Shown: piece after piece, positions 56,005 through 64,000 of the stretch | How positions within the stretch are numbered: position 1 is the first letter of the stretch | Layout: every line of letters begins with the position of its first letter | Assembly (NCBI RefSeq): GCF_006345805.1 | Contig: NC_043005.1 | Location: 64,232,001-64,296,000, forward strand | DNA from: Octopus sinensis | Lineage: Eukaryota | Direction: 5' to 3' | DNA: 64,000 nucleotides | Program-made: the position numbers and the translations under genes | Notes under the pieces: generated by a model | What the model saw: the letters and a program-made list of their open reading frames with translations, nothing else | Told to the model about the DNA's origin: nothing | Databases searched by the model: none

Positions 56005-56249
56005 CCTTTTTAAAGCCTAGTCAAACTCATGAGCCTGATTTTCCGGTTTCTATGGCGTATGTTTTCCACAGCTGGGCGGGACGCCAGTCCATCGCAGCAC
56101 TACTCATTTTTGCCAGCTGAGTGAACTGGGGCAACGTGAAATGAAGTGTTGTGCTCAAGAACACAACGCGTCGCTCGGTCCAGGAATCAAAACCACAATC
56201 TTACGATCATGATGCTGACACCATAACCACTAAGCCACGCGCCTCCACA
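56005..56249 (-). mobile_element. tRNA-derived SINE with family C-like head and a different tail
   Basis: ggaggcgcgtggcttagtggtt on - strand; gccagctgagtgaactgg core. Confidence 0.8.
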
Positions 56250-56396
56250 CGATTGGACTAACCATTCCTTTATTCTTTCAAGCAAGAATTGTACCTTGTT
56301 GACGTCATAAGAATTTATAAACTTTAAGAGAATATGAAATAATTCTGTTGTGGAAGGTTGGATGATGAAGCAGATAAGCTGCACATTATATAGCTA

Positions 56397-56845
56397 TACA
56401 AGCGTAGGTAAGTAAAAATTATATTCATTCTTGTTTCTGTAATTTGTTAAAACAAAATCAAGGCTTGAACAATTGCATCATTTTTCGACATATGCACTTC
56501 TTCCAGTGACCCATGAACTTGTTTATTCTATCGGAGAAGGTTTTTGGCAGGCCGCGCTGCCATTTCTGCACCGCTTCGTCTGTAGCAAATAGTCGGCTTC
56601 ATAAAGTATGTCTGGGCAGTCCAAAAGGTATGTCTGGACAGTCCAAAAAGGTGATGGTCGAAAGAGTCGAGAGCTGGACTCTATGCAGCGTTCCAGCGAC
56701 TCGAAACCCAATTTCTCAAAGATTCCAATGGTGAGAGTAACTGTATATGGGCATGCGTTGTCGTGCAACAATAACGCTTGCTTTGACAATAGACCTTAAC
56801 GTTTGGTGCGAATTGCTGGTTTCAATTCGTTGGTCAGCATTTTAC
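56397..56845 (-). mobile_element. Mariner 3' fragment, degenerate
   Basis: LLLHDNACPYT..LGFESLE resembles LLLHDNARPH..LGWEVL; followed by a decayed SPDLAPSD-like region. Confidence 0.75.
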
Positions 56846-56874
56846 TGTAGCCTACACTGGTGGCTAAGAATGAT

Positions 56875-57046
56875 ATGCTTAGCGGTACGGAGCCTGCCGC
56901 TATGTTCTGAGTTCAAATTCTACCGAATTCTACCAAATTCATTTGTCCGGGGCCGGTTAAATAAGTACCAGTTACGCACTGGGGTCGATGTAATCGACTT
57001 ACCCCTCCCCCAAAATTTCAGGACTTGAGCCTTTTAATAAAAAAGA
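56875..57046 (+). mobile_element. SINE family A fragment
   Basis: gttctgagttcaaattc, ttaaataagtaccagttacgcactggggtcg. Confidence 0.8.
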
Positions 57047-57914
57047 TTATTTTTTATTATTATTATACACAACCACTCGCAAACACAAAAAATAAATAGA
57101 GAGAGAGAGGAGGTAAGAAAGAAAGAATGAAAGAGAGAGAAAGAGAGAAAGAGTCTGCGTGTGTGTGAGTGGAGGGAGGGAGAAGATAGGCGGAGAGATA
57201 GTGAATAAATTTTCTCTCGTTGGTTTACGAAGTATACTGTGTTCTTGTTTACTTTTCGCCATTGAGCTGATCTTTGATCAAAGATATTCTAAACGAGAAA
57301 AGCTCGTCCAAAACAACATTATTCAATAAGCCCTTCGTTTTTCAGATAGTAATATTTAAAATAAAGACAATCTTGCTGGTATTTCTTGCACGATAGGCCA
57401 CCGAACAGAAGCCTCTCGCTGATTTGTAATCTGCATTGGGTGTATTGTGAAGTTTGGAGTGGTACTTGGAGTGATTCTAATATATTCATATTTCATCTGG
57501 ATTGTTAGTTTATGCTTCTCATGCTAAAACTCATTTGAATATTGCTATATTTCGATAGTAACTGTAGTCAGTTGTAGCCAGTAGGACTAAGGAATGCAAA
57601 ATAAACATCAAACAGTTTCCAATATAAATAGAATATTAGATTTTTAGCTCTCAGGCATAAACTATCATTCTCTTGAAGCATGAATAGAATGAATATATGG
57701 AAATATGGAAAAACTTACACCACTTACTTGAACAGACACACATTTACACAAACTCACAGACAAGCACGCATATGTACTCATACACTCAGACACACACACA
57801 AAGACACCGCATGCATATACACACAACACAAACTAGAAGTGTTTTTCAGAGCATGATTTTAATATTTCATACACGTGTGTGTATGAATATACGTATAAGT
57901 ATAGATATATATAC

Positions 57915-57990
<76 letters not shown>

Positions 57991-58037
57991 AATAAAAACA
58001 TTTTTTTCAACGTGCCGTACTGAATGCACGGCAATTC

Positions 58038-58210
58038 TTTTACCCGTTTCAGTCATTTGACTACGGCCATGCTACCCCACGACTTGTTCTTTGTAATCAT
58101 AGTATTTATTCTATCGGGCTCTTTTGCCGAACCGCTAAGTTACGAGGACGTAAACACACCAACATCGGTTGTTAAGCGATGGGATGAGGGACAAACACGC
58201 ACACACACAG

Positions 58211-58270
<60 letters not shown>

Positions 58271-58638
58271 ATATATATATACATACATGGTTTCTCTCCT
58301 TGTTTTTTCTGTGTACCTTTCTGAAGAAGAGCGTAGGCTCGAAAAGTAAAAAAATTTTTTCTATTCCTATATATATATATATAGGGTGGTGCTATTAAGT
58401 TAGACATGGCCTGGACCAATTTTGGTCGAAACATTTCTAAGTTTATCTAAGTTTATATATATATATATATATACGACGGGCTTCTTTCAGTTTTTGTCTA
58501 CCAAATCCACTCACAAGGCTTTGGTCGACCCGAGGCTGTAGTACAAGACAGTTGCCGAGGGTGCCACGCAGTGAGACTGAACCCGGAACCATATGGGTGA
58601 GAATCAAGCTTCTTACCACACAGCCACTTCTGCGCCTA
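58038..58638 (-). mobile_element. SINE family B with insertions in its internal (TA)n
   Basis: 3' half at 58038-58200 and 5' half at 58474-58638. Confidence 0.85.
58317..58352 (+). ncRNA. Slightly mutated minimal hammerhead motif
   Basis: CUUU CUGAAGA A GAGC guag GCUC GAAA(a) GUA AAAA. Confidence 0.5.
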
Positions 58639-58699
58639 TGTTCTAAAAAAATGTTTATAACATTCTAGTATCTTCGTGTTATAATTCATTTTTACAAAC

Positions 58700-59500
58700 G
58701 CGACGTGTGTATGTTGTATGCTGAATGTAGCGTTGTGTAGCGATATGATTATTGCTTCCAGTCAATCGTCTGTTTCTTTTAGGAATTCTATATGGTATGG
58801 AAGTAATTGCTATTAATGTTTCCCTATCTAGCTTTGCTTTATGATGTCTTATTTATTTTGAAATGTTTTAAAATGCCAGTGTAACAGTTGTAATTAGGAA
58901 TTTTGTAACTTTCTCTTTCACAGTCAGATTTGCAAATGAAATAGACCATTCTTAGTTTGCTCTGACTTTTACATACCTGTCAGGAATTGTGAATAAGTAG
59001 CTTGTTTGTTTTTTAATCTTATTGTCTTGTAATATATTACTAATGCCATAATATGATGCATTATGCAGTTTGTTCTACGTGATGTTTGATTATGTGTTCG
59101 TCTCTTCTATACCTGGTATGCTTTTAATTTATGTAATGCACTTTTTGTGTCATTAAATAGGGCACTGTCTAATGTATTTATTACATTATATTTCTGCCTA
59201 CACTCATTAGATGTTTGGTCTACAAGTCGATTTGAAATCTGTTGTTAGTACTGTTTTATTCTGTGGATTTCTTTATCTAGTGCTTCATCGGTAAGAAATA
59301 ATCTGAATGCTCTCCTAAGTAATTATTTTACCACAGGCATTTCGTACTTTTATAAGCATTCGCTATATCAGTGTACGTTGAGCATTAGTTTGTGTATTTC
59401 GTATGAACTGATGTTTTGTATGTACTGTTTTTATTCTGAATGTTTACGTCTAAAAAGGAAGAAGTTTTAGTATTTTTTTATGTTAAATTATAGTAATTAT
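58700..59500 (-). mobile_element. Decayed Penelope-like RT and linker fragment
   Basis: On - strand: SFLDVNIQNKNSTYKTSVHTK (FLD motif plus a T.VY.K-like motif) and RAFR..DEALDKEIHRIKQ. Confidence 0.6.
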
Positions 59501-59785
59501 CCTCATTTAATTTCTCAGCTACTAAAACTTGGAAAATTTGGGGAATAAAAACATTAAAACATTGATGATAAACTTCGAGACCTGTCTTATGATGAGTGCA
59601 ATAAAAATAAATACTGACAAAAGTATAACCAAATACTCATAAGGAGACTCAAGTTAGCCGTATACGACTTTCACCATAATGACCAAGTAAAAATGTACAC
59701 AGTCTGTTCGTAGACAGACAATGCACAAATCAACAATTAAAGGCAAAAACAAGTTTACAAAGATTCAAATGATAACACCAAGTAA

Positions 59786-59885
59786 NNNNNNNNNNNNNNN
59801 NNNNNNNNNNNNNNNNNNNNNNNNNNNNNNNNNNNNNNNNNNNNNNNNNNNNNNNNNNNNNNNNNNNNNNNNNNNNNNNNNNNNN
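59786..59885. other. Assembly gap (100 N)
   Basis: Run of n. Confidence 1.
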
Positions 59886-60447
59886 GGGGCCGATTCGTCC
59901 GATTATAAATTTCAAAGATTGTGCCCCAGCCTGGACGCACGTTAACGAGCAGAACAAGCAAATTATTACATACATCTGTGTGTGTGCGCGCGCACGGACA
60001 TGTACACACACATTTACATGTTCTTACGTACATTCCTACAAACCACATTCATACACATGCGCATAGATACATACACACGCACACACACACACATAGAAGT
60101 ATGTGCATGGATAGGAACTTTGAGCAAGTGTCTTCCTACTCTATCCCACGGCTGATCAAAGTCCTGTTTGTAGACTTTGAAAACTGAAAGTGAAAGAAGT
60201 CCACTATATGTAAGCATTATGTATGTATATATGTATGTTTGTATATAAGTATTTATGCATGTATGTATATGTGTATGTGTGCATGTATGTATGTGTGTAT
60301 GTAAGTATGTATGTATGCGCATTTGTATGAATGTGAGTATGTATGAATGTAAATACGTATACATGTATATACATGTGTGTGTATGTGTGTGTGTATGTGT
60401 ATCCATTTTTGCATACACACGCACACGCACGCACACAGACACACACA

Positions 60448-61697
60448 CAGAAAGGTGAACGAAAAAGTTAATAAGCCTAGTATGAAGCAATGAAACTAGA
60501 GCTGTGAAATCTTGCCTGTCTTGTATTAGAACTCCACTTATTCACAACTGTATTGTTTCTTTCCAGGTAAACTGACATCTGACTGTTCAAAAAAGATTTC
60601 AAAAGTAACTAACAGCGACCTCTCTTGGCAATGGATAAAATTTGGTATCGCGGTATTACCTGCAGGAAAAGGGTTTATCCCAATGAAATTTCATGCTGAC
60701 ATGGTTCCTACATTAGTGCATGGGCACTTAATTTAGGAGTGAAGTAGATCTTGTATTTTTGTAGGTTACCCACGGTCTGGACGTCCCACAACTGCCTCCA
60801 CCGAAGAAAACATCTATTATGTTCATCACATGGTGATGGATGACAGGTGATTGACTATAAATCAAATAGCCACAGCGATTAACATTACTGAGAGATCTGA
60901 GAATATTGAACTTGCCATGTTAAAGGTTTCTTCTCGGTGGTTGCCATGTTACCTGACACCTGAGCAAAGGCACCCCAGGCTGGTCACATCACAGGAAAAT
61001 CTAACATTGTTTGAGGTCGCTCCAGCTGGTTTCCTTGAACTTTACCTAACCTAAGATAAAGGTTGGCTTCATCACTTTGAGCCAGAGACAATGAAATAAT
61101 CCATGCGTGGAAACACTCCTCCTGACCCGCTCTGAAGACGGTCGAGATTGTTTCATCTTCAGGGAGGGAGATGGCCTCAGTTTTTTGGAATGCAAGAGAC
61201 ATTGAGTTTATTGACTATCTTCAAAAGGGGCACACTACCAATGGAGAGTACTATGCGAAGTTGCTGAGGCAGTTACGAAAGGCTATCAAGACCAAACGCC
61301 CAGGAAAACTGATGTAAGTGGATCTATTTCATCAGGACAATGCCTCAGTATACAAGTCCTTGGTTCCAATTGCTGCAGTGCATGACTATGGATTTCAACT
61401 GGTCGATCATTCTCCTTATCCTCTTGCTTTCGTCCCATCTGATTATCATCTGTTGGGAACCAGTATTGTGGGCAATAAAGAAATAAGTATTGCATTGGAG
61501 TGACATCATATCTGTTGTTGATGAACTTTTCGACCAACAGACTGAAAGCCTCTTCACCAATGGGATCCAAGCACTGCAACACCGATGGAAGAAGTATGTG
61601 GACTGCAAGGGGATCTATGTTTAAAAATAAACCTCATTTGGTTACATTCTACGACAATATCTTGATCAGCCTATTAACTTTTCAGTCGATTCTTGTA
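60448..61697 (+). mobile_element. Old, near-full-length mariner remnant
   Basis: Degenerate TIRs gaaaaagttaataagc and gcctattaacttttc; MDKIWYRG, RSGRP, KVSSRWLP, FHQDNA, HSPYP..PSDYHL with many stops. Confidence 0.85.
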
Positions 61698-61882
61698 TCT
61701 GTTTATCTGTTAATCTATCAATCTATCTATTTATCTGTGTATGTGTGTATGTATATATATATAAGTATATATGCATATGCACATATGAGTTTATATATGT
61801 ATATGTATAGGTATCTTCGTAGATATATACATATATATATACATGTATATACGTGTGTGTATATATATATTTATATATAGAT

Positions 61883-61921
<39 letters not shown>

Positions 61922-63688
61922 TATGTGGCCGTTACAACTGTATCTGTTGAAGTGTTTCAATTCTCTGTATGTATTTAAATATATTTACTTGATTGCTGAC
62001 ATTTATCAATGGTTTCTTCCCATTGCTTTTGATGTGCAATTTCTTATCATTAATAGAACTGTCAGTACTTTTGATGACACGGGAATGCTAGTAGTATTCA
62101 TCATCATATATATATATATATATATATATAGTGGAGAGGCGGAGTGAACATTATTACTGCTACCACTATTAGATTTTCATGCCCTCTAATGCGATACTTG
62201 AAATCAGATAGGTGATTCAAAACTTATTCAAATATATTTCTCAAGTTTAGACTTTAAATCTCCAAATAAATACAATACTGTATGGACACCGTTTTAAATA
62301 ATTTAGAGTTTCCGAGCTATATGCCACTCTTTCGATTTGTTTTATTTCCGATCCTCCTTATGCACCCTCCTCTTGAATATATACATTTTTCTCGAGCTTT
62401 CATTCGATTTAAAACTTGTGTCCTTAAAGCAGAAATCTGAGTTCAAATCTGACCTAAAGATATATATGTAGTCTGTATTTTCTTCATTTAAAAACATTAG
62501 AGGGTGTATACAAAAAACAGTTGAGTTTGCACAAAACTTAGAGGGTGATTTTTAATAGTACATTATATTGAAATAATTAAGGCAATAAATTCTCCTAATT
62601 GTTTTATCCTTGACGTTGATGCCATAGTTTTTATTGTATTTACGCTATTGTTATTCTTACCGTTGATGTTTCACTTTTCTGCTGAATTAGATAGTTGCAG
62701 ATTTACTTATTGTTGCTTTTGTTTTAGTCGCTTTTGTTACCACTTTTATTCGCAGTTGTTGATCAGTTTATTGCTTGGGTTACTTCACTTATCGTGGAGA
62801 ACATTATTTCAATTGTTATTGGTTCAGTTGCTCGTTTACTACTGTTCCGGTTTTTGCCGTTGCGATTGTCGTTGCTGTCATTACCCCCTAATTTTAACAT
62901 TGATGGTACAGTTGAGAGAATAGAGAGGCATTACAAATGTAGATATTGTTTTTTCAACTTGGATTGTTTTCTGTAACTGGGCCTTCACAGCTGCGTAAGG
63001 AGATTAGAATGCAAGGAAACAAAGTGAGAGGTAATAATAGAACATGAGAAAGAGAGAAAGAGAAGTAGGTTAAAAAACTTAAGAAGGCGGAGTTGTGAGT
63101 AGAACTGGAAAGATTTTTATTCTATTTGTGTTTTATAACATATTCAAACAATGTCAACACTAGTGTTTTCATTTTTCTTGAGAAGGAGTTACCTAAACAT
63201 CCCTATCTCATTATTTTATTCACTCTCCACCTTCCACCATTCTCCTTTTAATCGTCCCCTTTTTGTACTTGAGGATTGCTTCTGTGTATATGTGTGAGTA
63301 TGTGTGTGTATGTGAGTGTGAGTATGTGTGTGTACCTCTGTGTGTGTGTACAAGCAAATACTTTATGCTTAATTCGGGGTGTGTATATGTGCATATATTT
63401 GTATGCTTAACGTTCATGTTTATTGATTTGGGAATAGATATACACTCTGTATAATAATAGATGGTGAAATTAATTTACTGCTTGAAAGCCTTAAACAATT
63501 GCCCGGTTTAACACGACAACATGGTCCTTGAATACCTTTAGCAGAGTTCTCTCTGTTCTGAGAATTCATGCCAAATTTCATTTCTTCTACAATCGAGGCC
63601 TTCTAGAAAGTGATGGGCATTAACATCTTCACGTTTCTTCTCACTAAGCAGTAAAAAAGGCATATGCAAGGATATATGCACATTTATG

Positions 63689-63727
<39 letters not shown>

Positions 63728-63867
63728 CAGCACACAAGTCAACAATAAATGCATATGTGTATGTGAGTGACTGCATCTTAAGTATTTTACTGGTAACGGG
63801 TTAAAATGGAACCTAGTATATTACTGGAACAAATGTGGTACCTGAATTAGTCAACGATAAAAAATCA

Positions 63868-64000
63868 TTTCTGTTCTAGGCACAAGGCCCGAAACTTTTG
63901 AGGAGGGGGCCAGTCGATTACATCGATCCCAGTACGCAACTGATACTTAATTTATCGACCCCGGAAGGATGAAAGGCAAAGTCGACCTCGGCAGAATTTG
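63868..64000 (-). mobile_element. SINE family A running off the window end
   Basis: atcgaccccggaaggatgaaaggcaaagtcgacctcggc. Confidence 0.85.

Noticed and set aside
59721-60048. ORFs spanning the N run
   Set aside because: Artefacts of the assembly gap

Overview
AT-rich, microsatellite-dense eukaryotic DNA with no host gene I can support. The SINE families and simple-repeat load suggest a coleoid cephalopod such as Octopus (inference). Most recognisable sequence is mobile DNA: a full-length mariner with TIRs and TA duplications (3072-4363) and two older mariner remnants; a near-full-length R4/Dong-clade LINE (RT, CCHC, restriction-like endonuclease) inside a (TAA)n tract (15985-19904); an RTE LINE 3' fragment; three Penelope-like (PLE) remnants; two non-autonomous Helitrons; hAT-type MITEs; a foldback element; and more than 20 copies of three tRNA-derived SINE groups, one of which inserts as dimers and trimers. 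The most interesting signal is a set of minimal type-I hammerhead ribozyme motifs. It includes an essentially perfect one at 50160-50194 and a palindromic element built as tRNA-like head, microsatellite, hammerhead tail (47440-48570). A separate ~550-bp non-coding element occurs twice, both times within (TAA)n-type repeats. Almost all short ORFs in the supplied track are microsatellite artefacts. Coordinates were read by eye and no alignments or searches were run.
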